A stretch of 64,000 nt of DNA from Octopus bimaculoides. Taxonomy: Eukaryota. The DNA is taken from the NCBI RefSeq assembly GCF_001194135.2, contig NC_068983.1, positions 10,943,187 to 11,007,186 of the forward strand, written 5' to 3'. A model generated the notes under the pieces. The model had not been told where the DNA came from and ran no database searches. It worked only from the letters and a program-made list of their open reading frames with translations. The translations under genes were made by a program, and so were the position numbers. Below are positions 52,690-63,822 of this stretch, in pieces; the stretch's first letter is position 1; every line of letters begins with the position of its first letter.

Positions 52690-52815
52690 AGAGAACCGAG
52701 ACATGCAACATAAAGAGCATTCCCTTCATCAGTTGTTCCTGTTTCATCTACTCCACGTTGAAACAGGGACAACTGATGAAGGGAATGTTCTTTATGTTGC
52801 ATGTCTCGATTCTCT
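52690..52815. repeat. Near-perfect inverted repeat: 57-bp stem, 12-nt loop
   Basis: Arms 52690-52746 and 52759-52815 pair with two G-T pairs and one mismatch (checked base by base). Confidence 0.95.
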
Positions 52816-53454
52816 GCTTTTTTCGTTGTTCGAAAAAAGTTCGTTTTCTATGTTTTTGTTTTTATGTTTTCGTTTCTCGCTGTGTCCACGTTTTCTTGAT
52901 GTCCTGTACCCATATATGCATGTATATATACATATATATGTAGGTATGTGCATATATGTATGTATATATGCATATATTTATATTATTATATGATTGAACG
53001 CCACGCATCCTTTTCCAAGTACATATATATATGTATATATTCCTCTTTTGTTTTTCATACATTAACTTGTGTAGGTTGAACTATGTAAAATGTTAGAGAA
53101 AGAGGCCTGGTTGTTCCTTGCTATACATACCAATGCATACATCTAAAGCAATATTTCTTTTGGGGTCCTTAAAATACTATTATAGATCACCAATTTACCC
53201 AAATATCTTATATGACCCCCTGTTGAAAACCACTGATCTAGAGGGCTGAAGAAGTGTGTATATGGTAAAATACAAAGTTTGTTTTCCTTCGGTTTTCTCC
53301 CCTTTATTTCTAATTTGCGTTGAACAGGCTTTATAAAACAGTGTTAACACACGCGCGCATGGATGCGCGCGCGGACACACACACACACACAATTGTCCTT
53401 ATATTACAAGTAACTTGATCTGAAATCGTGTGATGAAACTGAAGCAATTACACA

Positions 53455-53830
53455 GCGGAAATACTGGTTGAGAAGTTCGCTTTACAACCACGTGGTTTCA
53501 CGTTGAGCCCCACTGCACAGCACCTTGGGCAAGTGTTCTCTATTATTGCTCCGAGCCGACAACTGTTTTGCAAGTGAATTTGGTAGACAGACACTATGTT
53601 GGAACCTGTCATACACACACACACACATGTATGTATATATGTGTTTCCCATTACCGTTTGACATCCGGTGCTGGTTTGTTTACATTGCTGTAACTAAGTG
53701 GTTTGGCAAAGAGACCAATACAGTAAGTACCAAACTTGAAAAATAAGTACTGGGATCAATTTGTTCGACTAAACATTTCTGGGTAGTTCCCCAGCATGGG
53801 CTGCAGTCCAATGACTGAAACAAGTAAAAG
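53455..53830 (+). mobile_element. Family A SINE, diverged
   Basis: Head caaccacgtggttt...caccttgggcaagtg; tail ...gtccaatgactgaaacaagtaaaag. Confidence 0.75.
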
Positions 53831-54028
53831 AACTTAGTTATTTTCACTTTGATTTCGTGCTATTGCTTAATACATAATAGGAAAAAGGTTTCTTCGTAAC
53901 GTCTACAATCTGGCCACTACCTATTATTATAAACATATCGAGGTCAAACAATAGTATCGGAGCAAACTAGCGAAGGAGCCACCTGCCATACGCACATTAA
54001 ACATTAGATTTTTCCTCTCCTGCTCTTG

Positions 54029-54318
54029 TGGAGGCGCAATGGCCCAGTGGTTAGGATCGCGGTTTCGATTCCCAGACCGGGCGTTGTGTGTGTTTATTGA
54101 GCGAAAACACCTAAGCTCCACGAGGCTCCGGCAGGGGGTAGTGGCGACCCCTGATGTACTCTTTCGCCCTAACTTTCTCTCACTTTTTATTCCTGTTTCT
54201 TGAGTAACGCTGCGATGGACTGGCGTCCCGTCCAGCTGGTGGGGGAGGGACCACATACATAGAAACCGGGAAACCGGGCCCATGAGCCTGGCTAGGCTTT
54301 GAAAGGGCGACGTTTTTA
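54029..54318 (+). mobile_element. Family B-headed SINE with a different (Meta/V-domain-like) 3' module; 13-bp TSD
   Basis: TSD tctcctgctcttg at 54016-54028 and 54319-54331. 3' module gctgcgatggactggcgtcccgtccag...agaaaccgg. Confidence 0.8.
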
Positions 54319-55226
54319 TCTCCTGCTCTTGCTCACGACATACAGACTGATTCCAATTTGCGAATATTTTATATTATAAACATACTTAGAAATATATTTA
54401 AAATACATGGCAAGCGGCGTCTCTTGTCTTTTCACCCTGTCTCCGAGAAAATGAGAAATAAATAAACCAGTTGGCAATTTGGAATATTAAAAGATGGTGG
54501 GGGACGTGAAATTAAATCTGGAAACCAAAAAAAGAAAGCTACAAATGAACAGTTCAAGAGTAAATAAAAGAAAGTCAGTCACACACATCCATTGAAGATA
54601 GGCAATAGAAGAATATTTAAAAGAATTTTAATGACCCATGATATAAAAAAATGCCTACTTAGCAGTTTTTTGTTCAGACAGCTGCCCAAAAGCATCATAA
54701 TGGAATTACTTCTTTATATATCAAACTGACAAGTAAAAGGCATTAACCATTCCCATACTTAAAGACAGATGTGATTTAAACATTTGAGAACGTATTTAAC
54801 AAAAATAAGCAATTCTCCCACCCTCACCCTCACTCTCCGGTCTAAAACTCTGACCTGTCTCATGATGGGCTTCTGCTCAGTTTCCCGCCTACATATTCCA
54901 TTCGCAAAGCATTTGTTTGGTTGCCATGGTAGAAGACATTTTCCTAAGGTGCTACCCTGTGGAATCGCACCTGGAACCACGTGGTTGTGAAGTAAATTTA
55001 ACCACACAATGGAATTAACAGCGACCAGGTTGTAGATGTACGACGAAGCTGTTTCCTGCATTAAAGTTTACAATACTTTCACAAAATGAAACAAATGTGA
55101 ACATAACGATATGTGTATGTTTAAAATGTCGTTCTGACTTTTCTATAACGCTAAAATTAATACATTATATGAAAAGGAGGGGTTTCTTGTAGATGGCGTT
55201 TCATTGGTCATTCATATTGTTTATTG

Positions 55227-55395
55227 GGTAATTTCTCAGATTAACACCCGCACGATCTTCACTAGGGTGTTAGGGTTAGGGTTAGTGTTTAGGGTTACGG
55301 TTAGGGACGGAATTCCCTAACCCTAACTCTGACCTTAAAACCCTAACCCTAACACCCTAGTGAATATCGTGCGGGTGCTAATCTGAAAAATTACC
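55227..55395. mobile_element. Foldback MITE with 8-bp TSD, Merlin-like termini and internal TTAGGG/CCCTAA arms
   Basis: TSD GTTTATTG at 55219-55226 and 55396-55403. Termini GGTAATTT...AAATTACC. The whole element is an imperfect palindrome. Confidence 0.8.
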
Positions 55396-55479
55396 GTTTA
55401 TTGTGTGTTTCTGTATCTCACACACACACAAATACATGGAGAACGGGATGGATTCGTGGTCAAAATTATTAGTTTAACG

Positions 55480-56380
55480 CTCTGAGAAATGGAAGGAGTT
55501 AAAAAATAAGTAAATAAAAGAAACAAACAATCGACGAGATGATGCCTATACGAATCCTGCCTACATAGACATTGTGATGGTCTTGTCTGGAATGAGAAGC
55601 TGTGCCTATAGCCTTCGCAAGACCTCATGGGCGGTGAAATGAACACGATTAAAGGGAAAATATGAGCTGGGAACGAATTCTAGAGGGGAAACGCTAGGCG
55701 TAGTGTTTTTAGGTAGAGCAGTAGGTAAACACAATATGGCTTACGGAAAGAGGAAAAACGAGTGGATTTGGTGGATTTGAAAGAAGCGGCAGGGGATCAA
55801 CCAGCTTCGAAGAGCAGAGACCTCTATTCTTACCATACAAATGACAAAGGACATAGCACTTGTAGGTCAGAGGTTGAAGAGTGTGTGTGTGTTGGGGTTT
55901 CTTTTTAATGCTGTTCAGGAAGACTGTTATGTGTAACAGCAGCATCGTCCCAGATGGGATAGCAGTAAGTACTCCGTTGTGAATTCCACTTGGATTTTGT
56001 AGAAGCTTAATAGTTTGAGGGAAGACCTGTCTTTGCGGTATAACTTTTACTGTGGTCGACGTTATAATTCTCCATGAGAGGTCCTCGGTGATAGTTGTGG
56101 CCTAATATTTACAGCAATCTTGAGGCTTCCAGTTGGGAGTATTTCATGTTTAGAGAATGATACGATATTGTTTTCTTAGGTTTGAGCTCTTGAAGGGGAC
56201 AAGATTTGCATGACTCCATTAATGAATGCTTTTTATGTCTCTGTTCAAAGAGTCGGTGCAAGTTTGGCGTTAGGTGTCTGGGGTTTCCTGTGGATGGTGC
56301 TTCGCTGTGGAACATCAGGGGCGAATAACAATCGGTATCACCTGCGTAGGAGTGGACATTATTGGAAGTGGATACCAATA
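55480..56380 (-). mobile_element. 5'-truncated jockey/CR1-group LINE 3' end
   Basis: Minus-strand STSNNVHSYAGDT (decayed YADD), then decayed post-RT segments and a 3' UTR-like end. Confidence 0.7.
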
Positions 56381-56392
56381 CACAAATACACC

Positions 56393-56711
56393 GGGCGATC
56401 TTACGGTACGAGTCCTAAGTATCGACCTTTTCCGTAAAAAGTGTCTTCGGCGATCTTTACCAAAGATCGGCTTTTCCGTAAAAAGTGTTGGAGAGAAACA
56501 GGGAAACGACGTCATAAAAGCGAAAGACATACAGAGAGCGCGATTTATTTTGAAGGGTTTAGGGTTAGGGAACTCCATCCCTAACCGTAACCCTAACACC
56601 GTAGTAAAGATCGTGCGGGTGTTACGGAAAAGGCCGATCTTTGGTAAAGATCGCCGAAGACACTTTTTACGGAAAAGGCCGATATTTAGGACTCGTACCG
56701 TAAGATCGCCG
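56393..56711. mobile_element. MITE with about 90-bp TIRs containing internal repeats and a telomere-like core
   Basis: Left ggcgatcttacggtacgagtcctaa...ttttccgtaa is inverted against right ttacggaaaagg...ttaggactcgtaccgtaagatcgcc. Flanks AATACACC/AATTCACC may be an 8-bp TSD with one mismatch. Confidence 0.8.
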
Positions 56712-57485
56712 AATTCACCGTCAACATTGCTGATGAAGACATTGTGTTTCATTTGAATGTATTACATATAAAGAATATAAGGCGTGGATGACAAATCGTT
56801 GGAGTACCGGATTAAAATGACGGTGTTTAGTTGATTCTGAGATCAAATCTCAACGTGGATGACTGGTTTTTATACTTTCAGATTTGATCAAATATACCTA
56901 CCAACGGTGTGGTGTATTGTTTATTTAGTCAAATGTACTCGTTTTGCTTCTATGATTATATATTAATAAATCTAGGCTCAATCGTTTTAAGAGAGTATCT
57001 TTCAGAGTGTGATTCGTTAAAGTAATGAATCTAGTGTCACTTCCGAGAGCCAGTGGCACCAGTGTCATTCGCGCCAAGTCATCGTTGGCGTGGATGGCAT
57101 ATTGACTTGTGATTTCTAAATTTGATAGCTTTTTATTGTAAAATCTACTTTGATCAACAGAATAGTGTGTGTATGGCGCGCGCACACACACACACACACA
57201 CGTTTAATTCTTAGTGTTCTTTGCAATCCCCCAGCTGAGCGCCAGTCATGATGCAGTCGGCCGTGTACCATCCATGCGGGGTAACCGACATAGGAAATTC
57301 CTTACCACGCGCTTCTGCCGCTGCAGCTGGCGTTATGTGATCATGGCCTTAATACTTTTGTTGTTGGTTTTTGGAAATATTTCCGATAATGTACTGGAGG
57401 TAGCTCGTATGGAAGTGATTCAAGGACTAGACCACCTTAGATTCGCAACTAGAGAAGAGGAGATTGATACAGGCTGCTGGGTATA

Positions 57486-57694
57486 CAGTAATCCCTCGCC
57501 ACATCGCGGTTTATTATGTAAGCTTACGTCGATTCCTCCGTGGTGTTGTTTTGCATTTACAATAAAATAAATAGATACAAATTATAAAAATAAATTTAAA
57601 AATATACAGTGCAGTACTGTTTCTACTTCGCGGATTTTCACTTATCGCGTGTGGGTGGTTTGGAACAACACCCGCGATAGTCGAGGGATTACTG
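57486..57694. mobile_element. Tigger/pogo-like MITE
   Basis: TA|CAGTAATCCCTCG...CGAGGGATTACTG|TA: 13-bp perfect TIR (about 24 bp imperfect) with TA target duplication. Confidence 0.9.
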
Positions 57695-59305
57695 TACAGT
57701 ATCTTTTGGAGAAGGACGAAGACTCTTGTTCTCAAAGACTGCACAGAAGTCTTCTAAAAGCGGCCAGTGCCTGTTTAATAAGTCCCAGAGTGCTGTTGTT
57801 AATGCTGCTGTCCTAGTTCGAATCATGTCGAGGTCAGCTTAGCTTTTTATTCTTCTGGGGTCAATAAAGTACCCAAGTCTCAGGCGGTGGACTTGCGGAA
57901 ACGTTACGGCGTCGGACGGATGTCTGCCTTATCACGCCAGGACTTTTTTGAATGATCGACTTAATCTGTTGCTTCGTTTAATGCTACCACCTGGCACCTT
58001 AAGTGCCTTTTAGCAGAGTCCACTCTGTTGCAAACGGTCGGGCTGTCTCCGGTTTCAGGACAACTCTTTTCCTCTATCTTTTAGATCTAGAAAAGACCGT
58101 AGGTACTGTCTTCCTCTCTTGATTAAAAGAGAAAAAGTAACCATTTACGTATTATATACACTGTCGATGGTCAGTTACTGCAGTATTTGTTGTGAGATAA
58201 CATCTCATGGACTTATGTTAAAAACACAATAGGGAGAGAGAGAGAGACGAAAGTTCGTTCCAGCAGCGACCTGCGAGAGCATTAGGTGCATTTCGGCCAT
58301 TTTCAATGGTCAAATGCAATTTCGTTAGCTGCATTTCGACCTTTTCAGTGGTACATATACGCAACCAGCCACATGATGGGACGACCAGTCGTTGTCTTTG
58401 ATTTTGGAAAAAGTGAATAAAACATTGACTGATGTTGCGAATAATCGCCTGGCTTACTAAAAATCCAGTATGTGCACTTAAAGCAGATTTAAATTAAAAT
58501 AGCCATCTATGTATCATACTTAATGCATAAATATTGTCCATGGGCCAGTTACTACAACAGTATTTGTTTAAGGTAGCATTTCTTATGGATTTGCTGTGTT
58601 AAAAACACAATAACTATCAGAGACGAAAATTTGCCCCAGCAATGGCCAGCGCCTGATGCATTTCGGTCTTAAATTTAAAAGAGAATGTTCAGATATTTGG
58701 AAAAGATGGCACTATTGCTCATCACCAATAGTATGCTAGTATACCACTGACATGGAACTTCTGCCGAACGAATCACTTGGTGACAGCTGAGCGGTGATAA
58801 AATTTATGAATAGGAAATGGAAGTGACAACTTGAAGGTAGCAGAAGGAAGCTAGGTAACATGCAAACGTGGTTGCCAGCGCCGTTACTTATCCACTCACC
58901 AATATAGCTTGTGGATCCAGAACTGGATTGGTCAGCCATCAAAACTTCACTATTAATGAAGTGAATATCATCGGATTTCGGTAGACAACCAGAGTGAAAG
59001 AATATGTGCACTTTATGTGTCTGTATGCACCGAGCTATATATGTGTGTGTGTGTGTGTTTGTGCATTTAATGTGTCTATGTATGCATTTAGTATTTATTA
59101 AATGCATTTAAAACAGCAGTTCGGCAAAAGGAGACGGATAGAATTAGTGCTAGGCTTACAAAGAATAAGTCGCACGGTAAAATTGTTCGACTAAAGATGT
59201 TCCAGCATGACCGCAGTCAAATGAGTGAAAGAAGTAAAAGAAAATAAAAGTATACACATTTATATATGTATATATATATATATATGTGTGTGTGTGCATT
59301 GTGTG

Positions 59306-59369
<64 letters not shown>

Positions 59370-59544
59370 NNNNNNNNNNNNNNNNNNNNNNNNNNNNNNN
59401 NNNNNNNNNNNNNNNNNNNNNNNNNNNNNNNNNNNNNNNNNNNNNNNNNNNNNNNNNNNNNNNNNNNNNNNNNNNNNNNNNNNNNNNNNNNNNNNNNNNN
59501 NNNNNNNNNNNNNNNNNNNNNNNNNNNNNNNNNNNNNNNNNNNN

Positions 59545-59586
<42 letters not shown>

Positions 59587-59717
59587 TTTAGTGTATGTAT
59601 GTGTGTATGCATTGTATGGGTATATATATACATTTAGTGTATGTGTGTATGCATTGTGTGGATATATACATTTAGTGTATGTATCTGTATGCATTGNNNN
59701 NNNNNNCATTTAGTGTG

Positions 59718-59752
<35 letters not shown>

Positions 59753-59939
59753 AGTTACTGTGTCTGTATATATGCATTTCGTGAGTGAGTGAGTGTGTGT
59801 TTTCAATAACTCCGAAAACGCTAATTACCGTGTTTACTACAATGTGATTCTAAAAAGCGCACACCTCGAAGTTAAAACTTCGTTGGCGTTTGTTTATAAC
59901 TACAACTATTAAAAAAAGTTAGAAGTACTTCTACTGACT

Positions 59940-61103
59940 CTTAATAAGTTTAAGCATCCGACAAACTAAAGTTTACCACCACTGCTACTACCATCAGACA
60001 TAACACTACGACTTCTACTACTACCACTACTACAAGTTAGTAAGTAGCAGGAGGTAGCTGTGGTGATGGTGGCAGTAGCAATAGTATTTCTAGCGGTAGG
60101 AGAAGCGCTCTAGGCCAGTCTATCAGTTGTAGGAACTGTGCGATAGTTACTAACTACTATTACTACACTAATAGTGACGCAGTGCTTGTGGCCATCGCCT
60201 CGAGAACTATTATTGCTGATATTACTGCTGTTAAAATCAACAACAGTACTACTGGTATTGTCGTCACAGTCCGGTCTGCTACTGACTCTTTTTCTCTCAC
60301 TACTATAGCGACTTCGATTGTTGATCTATCCTTAAGCGACCTTACTACCACAACAACTATTATTACACTTTTTCCAGTGCTGTCACTTTCATAAGTACCG
60401 GTGACTGTGCAGTGGAGTACCCGTCTAGCAACTCACCAGTTCCCTTCGCCGTTTTACCCCGTCGTTATCACCCTGTCGGTTTTACCTTGTCTGTATCCGG
60501 CTGCTCCTCCACTTCAACCTCATCGTTCTTCGTCTCCTCACCACGCTACCACAATTCCGACCAACTGTGGTAAAAACTTTGCAAGTGGTAGAGACAGTAA
60601 TAACACCAGATCGTCCTCAGATAATAGTGTCGTCGCTGGTACGACTACGACACAAGTGCCTCGCCTCTGGAGACCGGCTTTCTGGAGCGTTGACTCGGAG
60701 AAGGGTGATGTCAGATCCATAAAAGCCGACGTCTCACTGCCGCAGCATACAACAATAACAACACCATCAATATCTTCATCGTTCACACCACCTCATTCTA
60801 TATCACCATTTGTGGCTATAGCAACCACGCCGGTTAAACAACCCTTATTTACCTTTCTACCACCGCCACCGCTACCGCCTTTATCATCGATATCTTCGCC
60901 GTCGACATCGTTGTTGTCATCTTTTTCTGATCGAATCGGCACGGTGACATGTCCGGCACGCTGGTGTTGTCGTTCGCTGTGTCCACCTGATAAGGAGGTG
61001 ACTGGCTTGTGTTTAACCAACAGCGCCAGTACTTCTCATGCAATGTCGGATACCTGTGACTTGGTCGCTTCTTCTGACGCTTGGTCGTCTTGGCACCGTA
61101 GAG
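59940..61103 (+). other. Probable long first exon (5' leader plus start of CDS) of an unidentified plus-strand gene; 5' boundary approximate
   Basis: Unique CpG-rich sequence. Only 3 ATGs counted in 59941-61037 versus about 15 CAT. Ends at donor GAG|gtaggt (61103/61104), with an alternative TAG|gtaaat at 61107/61108. Confidence 0.55.
61038..61103 (+). CDS. Candidate first coding segment MQCRIPVTWSLLLTLGRLGTVE (signal-peptide-like, phase 0); alternative frame from ATG 61043 gives MSDTCDLVASSDAWSSWHRR (phase 1)
   Basis: In-frame TAA at 61014 precedes ATG 61038, and the reading frame ends exactly at the donor. Short hydrophobic core. The two frames cannot be told apart without exon 2. Confidence 0.4.
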
Positions 61104-62337
61104 GTAGGTAAATTACCCGTCGTCTGAAAACCTTTTCGTTCATATCTAACCGCTTAAATTATTGATGTTATTACATGTCTATTCATAAACTGTTATTTGT
61201 ATACAAATCGTGTGCTGTGAAGTTGAAGATGTTATCATTTCAAGTAGGACTGTCCAATTATGGTCTCTGCCAAAACCCTTGCACTTTTCTTAGGGCTCTT
61301 GTACTTTGAACTTTCTTTTTCTTTTTGCCTACGCATTCTCCTATAAAGCACCATGAATTCTAGTATTTCGATAACACATACTCACATGTACGCACCTCTA
61401 CACATCGAAATTTATATAACTGACAGACCGCTAAACACCATCTATGGTCTGTCACATTACACACACATTGTCATACCGCAGTAAATGTCACACATTTGTA
61501 CACAGTGATTCATACGCGCAATATCGGTTTGTAAATCTTTCGTGCACAGACATTGGCCTACTAATCACTTGCATTGACCAAACCACAGATGAAGAGGTAC
61601 GTACACATACTAACATTGAGATTCTTGACCGATTTCAAAATCGAAACTCTTTAAATTCATGAACTAAAAACAAGGGTGTCAACCAGTGACTTTCTCTTCG
61701 GTTGCTCGACCTGGTAGCAATAGAAGCTAAATCACTCGCAAATCACACCTTACCGCTTTAAAAAATAAGAATACACATTGATCAACATAGTCCATGGTAT
61801 ACTGTCTGACAGAAACAGGGTTGGTCACGGCCAGAACGCCTCCGATTATAGGCCTGCCTAATAAAAAGTTGACCTGGAGCTCAACAATACACTTCATCTT
61901 ACTCGACAACTTTACACAACACGAGCCAATGAGGAAATCTCTCCGCAATCGCTCGACCTGCTAAAAATAGCCGAATATATCCCCAAATCATACCCTTCTG
62001 TTCTTAGAAATTAGAAAAGAAAGGTAGACTATATTTGATAAAACAGTCTTAAATACACTGTTTGAAAGTTACGGGATGGTCACGGCCGGAAACTCCTTTG
62101 CATTGTCAGGACTGACAAGGAGATAAACAACGACCGGATGCACACTGACTTGCTAACTCGTAAAATTAAAACACAGAAAGTGCAGGCATTCCACACACAC
62201 ACACACACACACGAATGGGTTTATAGCGAAACTACTATGTCTCTGAAAGTTAACTTTAAGACTTTTTTACCGAGATCTATTTTACTTTCTTATCGTTTGT
62301 CGCTGTCAAATGCGAGTATTAGTATCGCTCATCCGTC

Positions 62338-62369
<32 letters not shown>

Positions 62370-63603
62370 ATAATCCTGCGTGTTTTGTTAATTTCCTCCT
62401 ATATTCGCGCGTGCGTTTGTTTATGCTTGTGCTTGTGTCGTGTCTACGTGTGCGCGCGGGCGCGTTTGTTTATGCGTGTGTTGATGTCTAGATGAAAGCA
62501 CGTACGTTAACTTAATTACACGTTTTGGTATGCATTAATCACATTGGTTTCACGTGTAATGCATGTCTTTAACCGCTCTCGACTCTAATGTACATATTAT
62601 TACGCTTACTTTTCGCCTGCATTTAACACTTTTCCCATACTGATTATTTAGATTAAATTCAAGTTAGTTACTGATATTGCACTGTTCCCCACCGCCACTA
62701 TTAAACTTTTCCCCACACTGCGTTAAGTGTAATGGCTGTGACTTGACTATGATTTTTTTTTCACGAGGATGGAATGGCGTCCCTGAGTAATTTCTTTCTT
62801 GGGGGTATGTATGTATAGCGGTTTATCAGTACGTGTGAGAATATGCTTCTGTGCGCGCGCGCCTGTTTCATTTGCACACACATGCATTATGTCAGACTGT
62901 CTACCTGTGAGTTTAGGATTTGGGTGAGTATTTGAGGGGGAAAAGATTACATATGCATACTCACTGTAGTGGTTTACTGGGAAGAGGAATTTTCCCTAGG
63001 CTGAACTCCAACCAGTAACAAATGTACCTGTGGTGCATTTTCAGCCAGAGATTTCACTGTTGTCTAGTGATTTGAGTTTGAGTGAATTCTCAAGAGGTGA
63101 ATACTTCAGTTGTTAGTTGCAGAATACTAACTAAAAAAAAAAAAAAAAAAAAGTTGTGCAAGTCTTTTTTTTTTTCTGTTCCTCTTGCAGCATAAGTTCA
63201 TTAATTTATGATTTTTGTCTGCTGAGGATAATGTCAATTAAACTGGCATCAGTATATGACTGGTACTCAAAACACTGGAGGGACAAAAGATTATGCTGAC
63301 ACCAGCAGGATTTGAACTCTGGCATAAATAAATATTGCGAGGTACTTTTGGAATCCAACATTACCATTTCTATTATTCCTCATTTGAGTCAACAAGAAAG
63401 CCTGTATGAAGTTACTGAACCTACTAGAACTAGCAAATCTCCATCAAATAAACCCTAACATCTTAATCCAAAGCATTTTCATAAGTCTGTCCTAAATGTC
63501 CATGCTCATTTTCAGAGTTTTAATGAGCCCTTGTTACATAGCTACTGATAAGACTTTCCTTTCATAAGCCCAAGTTATTCTAATGGTTGAAAAAAATTGG
63601 GCA

Positions 63604-63822
63604 TCATCATCATCATCGTTTAACGTCTGTTTTCCATGCTAGCATGGGTTGGACGATTTGACTGAGGACTGGCGAACCGGATGGCTGCACCAGGCTCCAA
63701 TCTGATCTGGCAGAGTTTCTACAGCTGGATGCCCTTCCTAATGCCAACTACTCCGAGAGTGTAGTGGGTGCTTTTTACGTGTCACTGGCACGAGGGCCAG
63801 TCACAAGGTACTGGCAACGAAT
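63604..63822 (-). mobile_element. Family D element
   Basis: (cat)n-cgtttaacgtctgttttccatgctagcatgggttggacg...; matches the other copies. Confidence 0.85.

Noticed and set aside
56274-56756. Overlapping 145-160 aa ORFs on both strands
   Set aside because: Arise from the palindromic MITE and LINE remnant; not a transposase or host gene.
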